A DNA stretch of 64,000 nucleotides, taken from Obrimoposthia wandeli. Its lineage: Eukaryota. This document shows, one piece after another, positions 44,268 through 54,162 of this stretch. A program made the position numbers and the translations under genes. The DNA lies in contig CDROCS010000506.1 in the NCBI GenBank assembly GCA_977020255.1, positions 992,001 to 1,056,000 on the forward strand, in the 5' to 3' direction. Below the pieces are notes generated by a model, which did not search any database, was not told where the DNA came from, and saw nothing but the letters and a program-made list of their open reading frames with translations. Position 1 is the stretch's first letter. Each line of letters opens with the position of its first letter.

Positions 44268-45095
44268 TTAGCCTTGCAGTAATGACATAGCCACTTGTGA
44301 TTGCTGATTAGCTTGGCTAAGCATGGTACTTGCTGCTTGTTGTGATACTTGATTCTGCGCCAGTTTTGCTGACTCTGCAGCAAAGTCGGCATCCATAATA
44401 CGTGATTTAGACGCTGACACATTCTCTGAAATATTAGACAAGTTACGAATAGTTGATGAAAAACGATTTTGTTTCGCACCTAAGTCCGCTCGAATATCCG
44501 TTACCGTTGCAATAGCGGAATCAATATCTGTAATAGCGTCCTGTGCTGCAGTTGCAACAAGCAGGTTCGCCATTGTAGAGCCGACACCTAGACCTGCGGC
44601 ATTGGTATTCGTTGTAATTTTTACATTAATAATTTGATTGGCATCGGGGCCGATTTGAAAATCTTGATCAAAGGTCGCGTTAAGTAAGTCCATACCACCG
44701 AATGTCGTATCATCAGCAACACGGTTGAGTTCTTCTTGTAACTGACCAAACTCTTTATCAAGCGCTACACGATCAGCATCGCTGTTTGAACCATTGGCAG
44801 ATTGAATTGAAAGCACACGCATACGTTGTAGCATATTCGTTGTTTCGTCTAATGCCCCTTCCGCTGTTTGCGCAAGAGAAATACCATCATTAGCATTTCG
44901 AGACGCTTGATTCAAACCGTTAACTTGAGATTCTAGACGAGAACCTATTTGAAGACCTGCTGCATCATCAGCCGCTGAGTTAATACGCTTACCAGAAGAT
45001 AGACGCTCAAATGATGTTTGTAACGCATTTGTAGAGTTCGTCAAATTACGTTGTGAATTTAAAGATGCTACATTTGTATTTACATATAAGGCCAC
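44268..45095 (-). CDS. fliC: flagellin 2 (275 aa, GTG start, sigma54-type promoter)
   Basis: Flagellin motifs as above; GAAGGAAG SD before GTG. Confidence 0.97.
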   Translation of the reverse strand: MALYVNTNVASLNSQRNLTNSTNALQTSFERLSSGKRINSAADDAAGLQIGSRLESQVNGLNQASRNANDGISLAQTAEGALDETTNMLQRMRVLSIQSANGSNSDADRVALDKEFGQLQEELNRVADDTTFGGMDLLNATFDQDFQIGPDANQIINVKITTNTNAAGLGVGSTMANLLVATAAQDAITDIDSAIATVTDIRADLGAKQNRFSSTIRNLSNISENVSASKSRIMDADFAAESAKLAQNQVSQQAASTMLSQANQQSQVAMSLLQG

Positions 45096-45151
45096 GGTAT
45101 CTTCCTTCTTCGCTATTTCAAATTAAATAAATGTTATATACCTAAAGATAT

Positions 45152-45167
45152 AGCAATCACTGTGCCA
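45152..45167 (-). promoter_or_regulatory. sigma54 promoter of flagellin 2
   Basis: TGGCAC-AGTGA-TTGCT, exact -24/-12 consensus. Confidence 0.88.
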
Positions 45168-45508
45168 AATAGATGGACGATAAAAACAAAAGTTTAAAGT
45201 GTTGATTTTTAACAGGTTTAGCCAATTAAAAATAAAATTTCTCACATTAGTTATACTTATAACACTCGCATTTTCCGCCAAAGCCAAAAAATTGCCGCTA
45301 GAGTGCCGGAAATGAGCCAAAAAACAAAGCGTTCAATGATACACAATACGCGAGTAAGTAAATTGGTTAGTGGGAATAATGATGAATAGATTCATTACTC
45401 ATGCAGCAGCACAGACGAGTAAAATAAGCTGCGATAATAGCTAGCGTAAATAAGATGAGGACGTGTGTTAAGTAGTCATCGTGATGGGAAAAATAAAGAA
45501 ATATAGAA

Positions 45509-45616
45509 GAAAAAAATACTTTTACCTATACGCTTAATAAGGGCTGTCGCGATAAGGATATAGGTAAAAGCAATATATTAGGCGGCCCCAAAAGGGGCCA
45601 GAGGGAGCCCGCCCTC
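45509..45616 (-). ncRNA. candidate 3'-UTR-derived small RNA of flagellin 3
   Basis: Three hairpins ending in a 12-14-bp stem plus U7. The loop carries ACAGCCCUUAUU, complementary to the flagellin 1 5' UTR (43960-43971). Confidence 0.5.
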
Positions 45617-46435
45617 TTAGCCTAATAGCGACATAGCAACTTGAGATTGCTGATTCGCTTGACTTAGCATAGTACTTGCAGCTTGTTGAGATACTTGATT
45701 TTGAGCAAGTTGTGCAGATTCAGCAGCAAAGTCAGCATCCATAATACGAGATTTTGACGCTGATACATTTTCAGCAATATTCGTTACGTTACGAATAGTT
45801 GATGAGAAACGGTTTTGTTTAGCACCCAGGTCAGCTCGAATATCAGTTACCTGTGCAATCGCACTGTCTAAATCAGCAATCGCGCCTTGCGCAGTACCCG
45901 AAGAAGCAATACTTGCAGAGTTAATCGATAAACCTGTCGTATTCATTGCTGTCGTAATTTTAACATTAATAACTTGGTTAGCATCAGCACCAACTTGAAA
46001 GTCATTATTAAACGATGCATCAAGCAGCGTCTCACCACCAAATGTAGTGTCTTTTGCAACACGATTAATCTCGTCTTTTAATTGACCAAATTCTTTATCT
46101 AACGCCGTTCGGTCAGCCGCACTATTCGAACCATTCGCTGATTGAATAGAAAGCACACGCATACGTTGTAGCATGTTAGTTGTTTCGTCTAACGCACCTT
46201 CAGCCGTTTGCGCCATTGAGATACCGTCATTAGCATTTCGAGCGCCTTGGTTTAAACCATTTACTTGTGCTTCTAAACGAGAACCAATTTGTAAACCTGC
46301 AGCATCATCTGCAGCTGAGTTGACACGTTTACCCGATGATAAACGTTCAAATGATGTTTGCAGGTCATTTGTTGAATTCGTTAGATTACGCTGCGAGTTT
46401 AAAGACGCAACGTTAGTATTTACATATATAGCCAT
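45617..46435 (-). CDS. fliC: flagellin 3 (272 aa, sigma54-type promoter)
   Basis: Flagellin motifs; first flagellin after flgL, the position of Vibrio flaA. Confidence 0.97.
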   Translation of the reverse strand: MAIYVNTNVASLNSQRNLTNSTNDLQTSFERLSSGKRVNSAADDAAGLQIGSRLEAQVNGLNQGARNANDGISMAQTAEGALDETTNMLQRMRVLSIQSANGSNSAADRTALDKEFGQLKDEINRVAKDTTFGGETLLDASFNNDFQVGADANQVINVKITTAMNTTGLSINSASIASSGTAQGAIADLDSAIAQVTDIRADLGAKQNRFSSTIRNVTNIAENVSASKSRIMDADFAAESAQLAQNQVSQQAASTMLSQANQQSQVAMSLLG

Positions 46436-46541
46436 TCGTTTTCCCTCTGTATATAACGTGATTAAGCAATGACATGATTTTCATGACGTCGTGCTTAACG
46501 GTTAGTCTATAAATTATTATATGTTCATTGATTAAATAAAT

Positions 46542-46557
46542 TGCAAATTGTGTGCCA
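46542..46557 (-). promoter_or_regulatory. sigma54 promoter of flagellin 3
   Basis: TGGCAC-ACAAT-TTGCA, immediately after the flgL stop. Confidence 0.88.
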
Positions 46558-46559
46558 AA

Positions 46560-47798
46560 TTAAGCAATTGAATTAAATAAGCTTAAGTTATTGATTTTAT
46601 TAAATGACTTGTAGCTCATTTCTAAAACATTCTGTTCTTTAGTCAGGTCCGTCATTGCCGCGGCAAGATCTGCCTCGGTAAGAATTGCCATCGCTTCTTG
46701 GTTAATGACCTTAAATGATTCGTTTGATTCAGTAACACGTTCAATCGTGTTGTTACGACCACCAATCGTTGACATCGTTGACATCACCGAGTATTTCGCA
46801 TTCTCTATACCAACTTGAGCATCAGCCATTCGTTCCCGAAAGCCCTCTTTCGAAAGTGAAGTATCAAGTAATGATTCTTTTAAGGTTTCAAGCGTGTTCA
46901 AAATATTGACATTGTTAGGTGGTGCTAGCGAAATATCGACACTACCAACAGCACTGCCTGTTGCCATAATCTTGACACCATTAAATTGGATGCCTTGATC
47001 TGAACTGAAATTACCGCTTTGTAATACCGCATTACTACTATCAAGCAGTTCAAACGTATCGCTATTGCCCGGTATCACTGGCGCGATAACGTTAAGTTTA
47101 AAGGTATTATTCGCAGGGTTATTATGATCATAATTACTGGCATGGAAATTATCGAACTGCCCCTGATTAACAACTTCTGTTTCCGCAGCAATGACATTAC
47201 CGCTCAAATTAGTCGTATTCATCATTAATCGTGCGGGGGCTGATTCAAAAACACGTTTACCGTTATCACCGCCATTAACATAAACGTTGGTGGCAATTTG
47301 AATGTCATTATCTTGTTCATTACCACGGTAGGTATATTGGCCAGTTTGCTCATCTTTAGCATACGCTTGTAAATGTGAAGCTGTGCCGGAAAAAATGAAA
47401 TCACCATTCGCACTTTTCGTATTGATTAAGCTGAACACTTCTTTTTGTACTTGGCCAATTTCTAATGAAATAGCGAATCTATCTTGCTTATCGACCGTAC
47501 CATTGAGCGCTCGAACAGAGAGCACACGGCCACGTTCCATTGCTGTATGCAAGTTGCTAAGGGTTGTTTCTTCTAAGCCCAATGTACCTTTGAGCATTAA
47601 ACCATTAGTTTGATATTGGGTATTTTTTTTAATTTCATCATTCAAATAATTCGATTTAGCCACCTCAGCAGGGGCGTCACCCGAGGTTCTGAACTTCTCT
47701 TGTGATGTCACTTGTGAATGCGCTACATTTAAACGTTTTTGCGTTTGTGACATATCTTGCATCGAGCGTGAAAATATTTGATTGTTAGTAATTCTCAT
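46560..47798 (-). CDS. flgL: hook-filament junction protein FlgL
   Basis: MRITNNQIF N-terminus, GDFIFSG, and C-terminal LSLFNSI. Confidence 0.95.
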   Translation of the reverse strand: MRITNNQIFSRSMQDMSQTQKRLNVAHSQVTSQEKFRTSGDAPAEVAKSNYLNDEIKKNTQYQTNGLMLKGTLGLEETTLSNLHTAMERGRVLSVRALNGTVDKQDRFAISLEIGQVQKEVFSLINTKSANGDFIFSGTASHLQAYAKDEQTGQYTYRGNEQDNDIQIATNVYVNGGDNGKRVFESAPARLMMNTTNLSGNVIAAETEVVNQGQFDNFHASNYDHNNPANNTFKLNVIAPVIPGNSDTFELLDSSNAVLQSGNFSSDQGIQFNGVKIMATGSAVGSVDISLAPPNNVNILNTLETLKESLLDTSLSKEGFRERMADAQVGIENAKYSVMSTMSTIGGRNNTIERVTESNESFKVINQEAMAILTEADLAAAMTDLTKEQNVLEMSYKSFNKINNLSLFNSIA

Positions 47799-47803
47799 AC
47801 TGA

Positions 47804-49783
47804 TTACCTCGCCGCGTTCAGAATAGTGTCAAATATTTCTTTTGAAATATTCACGACTTGTGCTGAAGCATTGTAAGCTTGCTCATAGCGCACCATGTTT
47901 GCCGCTTCTTCGTCTAAGTTGACACCTGAAACACTTTCAATCCAATTTTGACTCTGTGTTAATTTGGCTTCATTAGCAGATGAATCAACCCGAGCCGCAC
48001 GAGTTTGGTTACCGACGGTAGAGATTAAGGTTGAAATACCTTCCGCAAAGGTCATCTGATTCTCGCCGTTATTATGATGATTTTTTCGCAACTTATCGTC
48101 ATTTTCCAAACCAGCAAGCTTTAAACCGTTACTGTTATCTGCTATTGAATCGCGGTTATAAGCCAAGGTAAAACTTTCACCTGGGTTTGGTTTCCCATCC
48201 ATTTTAATTTCATAACCAACACCAGGGTTTAATGGTGGAATGGCATTGCTGAATAAATCCTGACCATTTAACGCACCTGAACTCGTTGCCATGTACGTAC
48301 CATTACCATCGAAAATATCAAAGTCACCGCTATTGTTTACAGTGACTTGTTGCGGCGCCGTTATGCTTAAATTATTATTCGAAAAAGATAAACTAGCGTC
48401 CGATATTTCCGTTACCGCGAGTCGACTCATCGTCGTATTCGTTGCGCTAGTCTTAGTTTGTAAGATGGATGCTAAGGCAATATCTTCTGGTTGTGTATTG
48501 GTAATGTCATAGTCATTAAGATTAAACAAGGTCGGACTCATCAAAAATTTATCACCACTTTGGAAACCACCGGCAGCGGCAGAAAAGTCAATTTCAAAAC
48601 CATGTTCTGCTATTTCGACGGGACCAGGGTAAGCACCATTGACGGTGAGTGGATTAGTACTACGTTCACCGTTTTTAATTTCAAAAACATCGAAGGTGAC
48701 CGCGCTAGTCATCGAAATCTGATATTGACTGGTCGTTAACGAACTACCCTCACCCGCAATCATCTGAGAATTAATTACATGCGCAGGGTTAGAGTTAGCT
48801 GAAAAATGCTTAGCTTGCGTTGGGGGAATGGTATATATGTCTTTTCCCATATTACCGTTTAAGTCCAAACCCATTTTATTTTGGCTATTGACTGCATCTG
48901 CAATACCAAGGCTCAACTGGCCAATTTCTCGCAATGATGAATAAACAGTGTGATCGCGAAACTCAAGTAAAGCGCCAATCCGGCCACCAAGATTAACGTC
49001 TTGCAAAGGCATGGTATTTTTATCAATATTTAATACCAGTTCTATGTTGCTAGATTCAGGATCACCCGTTACAGCAGAGAATTGACTCACGTTGTTTTGC
49101 ATAACCAAAGGTTGGCCATTCAGTAAGTTAATTGAGATACTTTTGTTGTCATTGACTATCGTTGATATATCCAGCTCTTTCGCTAATGATTCTATCGCCA
49201 CATCTCGCTGATCAAGTAATGCGCCCGAGGCGCCACGAGATGTGCCGTCTGCAATCATCACCTGCTTATTCAAACCATGTACGTCTTGAATTAATGAATT
49301 CAGTAATGCGGGTTTTTCGGCTATCTCACTGTTGGCTGTTTGCGCTTGGTTATTTAATTGTTCGCCGACATTACGAAAACTTGCCGCCAACGTTTTTGCA
49401 TCGGAGACCGCTAATTGACGGTTTGAAATCGATGTAGGATCATCATTGGCGGTATGAAAAGATTCAAATAACTGTGATATACCAGCAGCCATGTTATTTG
49501 ATTTATCAGATAACACTTGGTCGGTACGGGTGATTTCTGCCAAAAACTTCTCTTTGTTACCAAAGGCGCTGGTATCAATTAATAATTCAGCTTGGGCAAA
49601 TTTGTCGACTTCTCGGCCAGTGAAAGAACGAGCAAGGCCCATATTATCGGTTTGCGAATTATGCTGAGTACGCTGACGGCTATACCCATCGGTATTAACA
49701 TTCGAGATGTTATTACCTGTGGTCTGAAGCATTTGCTGGTGACCTAAAACACCAGAAGTACCTATTTGTAATAAATTCGCCAT
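47804..49783 (-). CDS. flgK: hook-associated protein FlgK
   Basis: TTGNNISNVNTDGYSRQ and SGVNLDEEAANM..YEQAYNASA. Confidence 0.96.
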   Translation of the reverse strand: MANLLQIGTSGVLGHQQMLQTTGNNISNVNTDGYSRQRTQHNSQTDNMGLARSFTGREVDKFAQAELLIDTSAFGNKEKFLAEITRTDQVLSDKSNNMAAGISQLFESFHTANDDPTSISNRQLAVSDAKTLAASFRNVGEQLNNQAQTANSEIAEKPALLNSLIQDVHGLNKQVMIADGTSRGASGALLDQRDVAIESLAKELDISTIVNDNKSISINLLNGQPLVMQNNVSQFSAVTGDPESSNIELVLNIDKNTMPLQDVNLGGRIGALLEFRDHTVYSSLREIGQLSLGIADAVNSQNKMGLDLNGNMGKDIYTIPPTQAKHFSANSNPAHVINSQMIAGEGSSLTTSQYQISMTSAVTFDVFEIKNGERSTNPLTVNGAYPGPVEIAEHGFEIDFSAAAGGFQSGDKFLMSPTLFNLNDYDITNTQPEDIALASILQTKTSATNTTMSRLAVTEISDASLSFSNNNLSITAPQQVTVNNSGDFDIFDGNGTYMATSSGALNGQDLFSNAIPPLNPGVGYEIKMDGKPNPGESFTLAYNRDSIADNSNGLKLAGLENDDKLRKNHHNNGENQMTFAEGISTLISTVGNQTRAARVDSSANEAKLTQSQNWIESVSGVNLDEEAANMVRYEQAYNASAQVVNISKEIFDTILNAAR

Positions 49784-49858
49784 CAGATTACAGCCCTAAC
49801 TATCAGTTCATCACTCAAAAATAAGATTATCTTTATGCTACCAAGACACTAACCAGCG

Positions 49859-50836
49859 TTATTTAAATGCATCATGCTTCATCACATTCTGTATTTTCGC
49901 TGCGTAATTAGGATCCGTGGCATAACCCGCTTGCTGTAAACCATTCAAGAACTGTGCCGAATCTGCAGAATTACTCAATGCATCACTATAACGGTCACCC
50001 GATTGCAAGAAATTAGCAAAATCATTAAAGCTCGATTGAAAGTCTTGATAACTTCTAAATTGATGATTTTCACGTTTCGCCACACCGTCTTTAAACTCTA
50101 ACGTATCAACACTTGCCGTTGGACCTTCCCAACGCTTATCAGCTTTAATATTGAATAAATTATGTGAGCTATCACCTTGATTATCTGTAGATACTTTCTT
50201 ACCCCAGCCTGTTTCTAGTGCAGCTTGAGCAAGTAACACATCAGGAGATACATTCAAACGTTTCGCAACCACATCAGCAAAAGGGGCGAGTGAAGCGACA
50301 AACTCTTCAGGGCTATTGAACTGCATCTTTGGCGCTGCAGCTAAAGGGACTCCCGTCGAATCAGCTACGGGGTTACCGTCAGCATCAACAACAGGGATTG
50401 CTGGACTTTCGCTATCTTCCGGTAACGCTTTCTTTGCAGTCGCGTCAGCGTTGTTCGATCTCAAGTTCTGCAATGGGTTGCTATCACCATTTAATGACGA
50501 AGCTGGCATATAATTGCCGCCATCATTGGATAATTGCTTAACAATGACATCTGCTAACCCAAGGCTACCGGTTTGGCTCATGTCGGCTGCCATCTGCTTA
50601 TCTTGCATGTCACGATAAAACTGGGTGTAGTTATTATTCATTGGGCTGTCGGTTTCAAATGCAGCATTGGCTTCACGCATACTTTTCATCAACATGTTGG
50701 TAAACAAGGATTCAAATTGTTGCGCGACTTCTTTCAATGCGCCTTCATCGTTACCTTGCGCACGCTTACGCAAAGAATCCAGATTATGCGTATCTAAGAC
50801 GTTACTGTTCACATTTGTTTTAAATGAATTATCCAT
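49859..50836 (-). CDS. flgJ: flagellar rod assembly protein / muramidase FlgJ
   Basis: AQQFESLF rod-binding domain plus LAQAALETGWG, NLFNIKA and GYATDPNYA. Confidence 0.96.
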   Translation of the reverse strand: MDNSFKTNVNSNVLDTHNLDSLRKRAQGNDEGALKEVAQQFESLFTNMLMKSMREANAAFETDSPMNNNYTQFYRDMQDKQMAADMSQTGSLGLADVIVKQLSNDGGNYMPASSLNGDSNPLQNLRSNNADATAKKALPEDSESPAIPVVDADGNPVADSTGVPLAAAPKMQFNSPEEFVASLAPFADVVAKRLNVSPDVLLAQAALETGWGKKVSTDNQGDSSHNLFNIKADKRWEGPTASVDTLEFKDGVAKRENHQFRSYQDFQSSFNDFANFLQSGDRYSDALSNSADSAQFLNGLQQAGYATDPNYAAKIQNVMKHDAFK

Positions 50837-50868
50837 ACCCAGCCCGTTACTCTTTTCGATTGTATTAT

Positions 50869-50906
50869 TTAGATCGTTATTTCAGGTGATTAGCTTAGAT
50901 CGTTAT
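50869..50906. repeat. 12-bp direct repeat in the flgJ leader
   Basis: ttagatcgttat at 50869-50880 and 50895-50906. Confidence 0.8.
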
Positions 50907-51038
50907 GTTTCAGTCAGTTATTCTGTTACAAAATGAATGATTTAATATCACTGCCATTTATCCGTCGCTATTCAGCACAATAGAATCAACAACTTAAGAT
51001 ATAAACAACCAATTAACGCTAATCGTTATAGATAACAT

Positions 51039-51054
51039 AGCAATTCTTAGACCA
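51039..51054 (-). promoter_or_regulatory. sigma54 promoter upstream of flgJ
   Basis: TGGTCT-AAGAA-TTGCT with GG-N10-GC spacing. Confidence 0.7.
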
Positions 51055-51081
51055 ACTAACGGATTAATAAAAAATAGACAC

Positions 51082-51121
51082 AAAAAAAGCGCTAAACCAC
51101 ATCAACGGTTATAGCGCTTTT
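51082..51121 (-). terminator. intrinsic terminator after flgI
   Basis: aaaagcgcta...tagcgctttt with inner aacc/ggtt and A7 at 51082-51088. Confidence 0.8.
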
Positions 51122-51167
51122 ACATAACGGGTCTAGCAACAGATCAAAACTGAGCTAGCTTACCGCC

Positions 51168-52322
51168 TTAAATAATAATCAATTGCCCGTCCAGCGCCCC
51201 AGCATCCTTAAGCGCTTCTAAAATAGACATTAAGTCACCCGGTGCAATACCGACTTGGTTAACCGCTCGGATCAAATCATCGAGCGTCGCGCCAGCATCT
51301 AACTTAAACATACGCGCATCTTCCTGCGTGACATTAATGGTCGACTTATTCGTTACCACCGTTTCGCCGTTAGCAAACGCATTTGGCTGTGATACTTCTT
51401 GCGTTTCATTAATGGTCACAGTCAAACCACCATGCGTTATCGCCGCAGGCTTAAGCTGGACATTTTGACCAATAACGATAGTACCAGTACGAGAATTAAC
51501 AATAATTTTTGCTGATTCATCCGCCATTTTTAATTCGAGGTTTTCTAATGTCGCCAAATAAGCCACTCGCTGCGAAATATCACGCGGCGCAAGCACACGC
51601 ACTGACGTTGCATCCATAGGATAAGCGGTATTAGGGCCAACAAGATTGTTAATTGAGTCCGATAAACGTTTGGCGTTAGAAAAGTCACCACGATGTAAGT
51701 TGAATGTCAGATAATCACCATCACCAAATGGTGTCGGGACTTCTTTCTCCACAATAGCACCACTACTAATACGGCCAACAGTCGGTGTGTTAATGGTTAC
51801 CTGCGAACCATCTCGACCTTCAACACCAAGACCACCAACAACCAAACTACCTTGTGCTAATGCATACACTTGACCATCGGCACCTTTCAAGAAAGTTTGC
51901 AGTAGTAAACCGCCACGTAAGCTCTTTGCTTCACCAATCGCAGCAACTGTCACATCGATGGTTTGACCTGGTTTGGTAAATGCAGGTAATACTGCACTCA
52001 CAGCAACAGGGGCTACATTTTTAATTTTAACTTTCGCGCCTTCTGGCATGGTGATACCAAAATTATTCAACATTGTTTTAAAGCTTTGTTCAGAAAAAGC
52101 GTTACTTTTCTCACCAGTGCCCGGTAAACCAACAACCAGACCATAGCCGATTAATTGGTTATCTCGAACGCCTTGCACAGAGCTAATATCTTTAATGCGA
52201 GCAGCATTCGCAGAATTGATGGTAAGCACAAAAAAGCTTAATAAGACAATACTTATACCCAACAATATATTTTGCTGCAGCTTAACTTGAGTTGCTAACG
52301 TGATCCGTGTTGATAATTTCAT
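51168..52322 (-). CDS. flgI: flagellar P-ring protein FlgI
   Basis: [22 protein letters not shown] and AKSLRGG. Confidence 0.97.
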   Translation of the reverse strand: MKLSTRITLATQVKLQQNILLGISIVLLSFFVLTINSANAARIKDISSVQGVRDNQLIGYGLVVGLPGTGEKSNAFSEQSFKTMLNNFGITMPEGAKVKIKNVAPVAVSAVLPAFTKPGQTIDVTVAAIGEAKSLRGGLLLQTFLKGADGQVYALAQGSLVVGGLGVEGRDGSQVTINTPTVGRISSGAIVEKEVPTPFGDGDYLTFNLHRGDFSNAKRLSDSINNLVGPNTAYPMDATSVRVLAPRDISQRVAYLATLENLELKMADESAKIIVNSRTGTIVIGQNVQLKPAAITHGGLTVTINETQEVSQPNAFANGETVVTNKSTINVTQEDARMFKLDAGATLDDLIRAVNQVGIAPGDLMSILEALKDAGALDGQLIII

Positions 52323-52438
52323 CTAGATAACCTGTGCCATTAAAATTGTCATTATTTGCTACGCTGTCATTATTTTGATTTATATTTTTACTGCCAAAAT
52401 TATGACTACGGTTAAATAATCTCAGTTATATAGCTAAA

Positions 52439-52454
52439 AGCAATTGTCATACCA
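52439..52454 (-). promoter_or_regulatory. sigma54 promoter upstream of flgI
   Basis: TGGTAT-GACAA-TTGCT with GG-N10-GC spacing in a 233-bp intergenic gap. Confidence 0.72.
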
Positions 52455-52555
52455 AGATGTAATTTACACACTAGGCCTGGGTATATTAGCGCTGATAATC
52501 AGTACTTACATCATTGCTATATACGCTTAATATTTTTATCGACATGCAATATTCG

Positions 52556-53311
52556 TTAGAAAGGCCATTTGCTGCCGTTAAGGAATTTAGTTGCCCAGCC
52601 TTGTATTTGCGCCTCGCCTAAATCATCAACCGCACCATATTGAATACGCGCATTGGCGATTAGCGCCGAATTAACTTTATTGTCAGCGTCAACATCTTGT
52701 GGACGTAATAAGCCGGTAAGACGAATAAACTCATTACCATTATTGAGCATTAGCCATTTTTCACCACGTATAACTAGGTTGTTATTAGGTAACACTCGGA
52801 TGACCGTGACGGAAATATTACCGTCTAAGCTGTTACTCTGGTCAGCAGAACCATTACCCGAGAAAGAACTGGTTTGATTCAAACTACCTTCAATCTTATA
52901 ACCACCAATCACCACATCTTCGCCGCCCAGGCTAATTGGCTCTAACTCAAATGAATTGTCTTTACCTAGGTTAGAACTCGCCTGTTTCTTAGCACTCGTC
53001 GATTCTGTTAACGTCACGGTAATGATGTCACCGACGCGGCGTGCTTTAATGTCAGAAAAAATATTATTATTGTATTGTGGGTTAAATAACGATCCCGTCA
53101 CCTTCGCTTGTAAAGGATTATCATCAGGCACAATCGGAGCATAATCTGGTGAATCTTGCTGTGGCGTTTCATTTACATCAGCAGGTTCTTTCGCGTCTTC
53201 AGTTTTTGTGGCGTCTTCATTTTTAGCGACCACATTTTCTTTTACTTTAACTAAAGACGAACAACCTGCAAGTTGCATAAGCACAAATACAGCAAAGATA
53301 AAATTACGCAT
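52556..53311 (-). CDS. flgH: flagellar L-ring lipoprotein FlgH
   Basis: Lipobox LAGC, DIKARRVGDIITV, NLVIRGEK and ARIQY. Confidence 0.97.
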   Translation of the reverse strand: MRNFIFAVFVLMQLAGCSSLVKVKENVVAKNEDATKTEDAKEPADVNETPQQDSPDYAPIVPDDNPLQAKVTGSLFNPQYNNNIFSDIKARRVGDIITVTLTESTSAKKQASSNLGKDNSFELEPISLGGEDVVIGGYKIEGSLNQTSSFSGNGSADQSNSLDGNISVTVIRVLPNNNLVIRGEKWLMLNNGNEFIRLTGLLRPQDVDADNKVNSALIANARIQYGAVDDLGEAQIQGWATKFLNGSKWPF

Positions 53312-53346
53312 GACAATTCTCGATCATAGAGTTAACGGTTAAGCAT

Positions 53347-53378
53347 TAGTAACTAAATTAAATAGTAACTAAATTAAA
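53347..53378. repeat. 16-bp exact tandem duplication overlapping the flgG stop
   Basis: tagtaactaaattaaa x2. Confidence 0.85.
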
Positions 53379-54162
53379 GCTGCTGATTGGTGTAACTTAA
53401 CATTTCATCAACCGCTGATATTACTTTTGAATTCATTTCGTATACACGCTGACTTTCAATCAAGTTTACCAATTCTTCTGTCACGTTGACATTCGATGTC
53501 TCAATCGCGCCCTGTACTAATTTACCTAGACCTTCATTGCTTGGTAAGCCCTGTACCGGATCACCACTGGCTCCCGTTTGAATATACATATTTTGTCCAA
53601 TAGGCTGTAAACCACCCGGATTAACAAAATCAGAAATATTGATCTGCCCCACAGTTTGGTTGTTGGTTTGCCCTGGGAGGCTAACTGAAATCTCACCATC
53701 TTCCGATACCGTCACCGTCTGTGCATCCGCTGGAATTTGGATCTGTGGCTGTAAAGGATAACCAGTACCCGGTGTCACAATAATACCTTCATCATTTAAG
53801 GTAAATTGACCATTACGGGTATATGACGTTGAACCATCAGGCATTTCAATTTCGAAAAAACCACGACCGCTGACCATTAAGTCTAACGAGTTATCAGTCG
53901 TTAGCATGTTACCTTGCGAGTGATCTTTTTGCGTTGCGACAACACGTGCACCAGAGCCAATCATCAAACCCGATGGTAACTTGGTGTTTTGAGTTGATTG
54001 ACCACCCGGTTGATTAACCGCTTGATACAATAAATCTTCAAAAATTGCGCGTTCTTTCTTAAAACCAACCGTACTCGCATTGGCCAAGTTATTTGAAATT
54101 GTTGAGATATTTGTTTGCTGTGCTTCTAAGCCTGTTTTACTTATCCATAATGCCGGATTCAT
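53374..54162 (-). CDS. flgG: distal rod protein FlgG
   Basis: MNPALWISKTGL, NNLANASTVGFKK and ETSNVNVTEELV. Confidence 0.98.
   Translation of the reverse strand: MNPALWISKTGLEAQQTNISTISNNLANASTVGFKKERAIFEDLLYQAVNQPGGQSTQNTKLPSGLMIGSGARVVATQKDHSQGNMLTTDNSLDLMVSGRGFFEIEMPDGSTSYTRNGQFTLNDEGIIVTPGTGYPLQPQIQIPADAQTVTVSEDGEISVSLPGQTNNQTVGQINISDFVNPGGLQPIGQNMYIQTGASGDPVQGLPSNEGLGKLVQGAIETSNVNVTEELVNLIESQRVYEMNSKVISAVDEMLSYTNQQL

Noticed and set aside
45122-45136. ArcA-like ATTAAATAAATGTTA in the flagellin 2 leader
   Set aside because: 13/15 match, but it lacks the first G and lies in very AT-rich DNA where such hits are expected.
44150-45320. ORF-track entries 44150-44479 and 45123-45320 as small flagellar genes
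   Set aside because: The first overlaps flagellin 2 out of frame and the second spans its promoter; low-complexity AT-rich translations with no SD.
43092-46435. Shared nucleotide stretches among the three flagellins as evidence of gene conversion or phase variation
   Set aside because: Explained by conserved D0/D1 protein sequence; no invertible repeats or recombinase seen. Only a dS alignment could show conversion.
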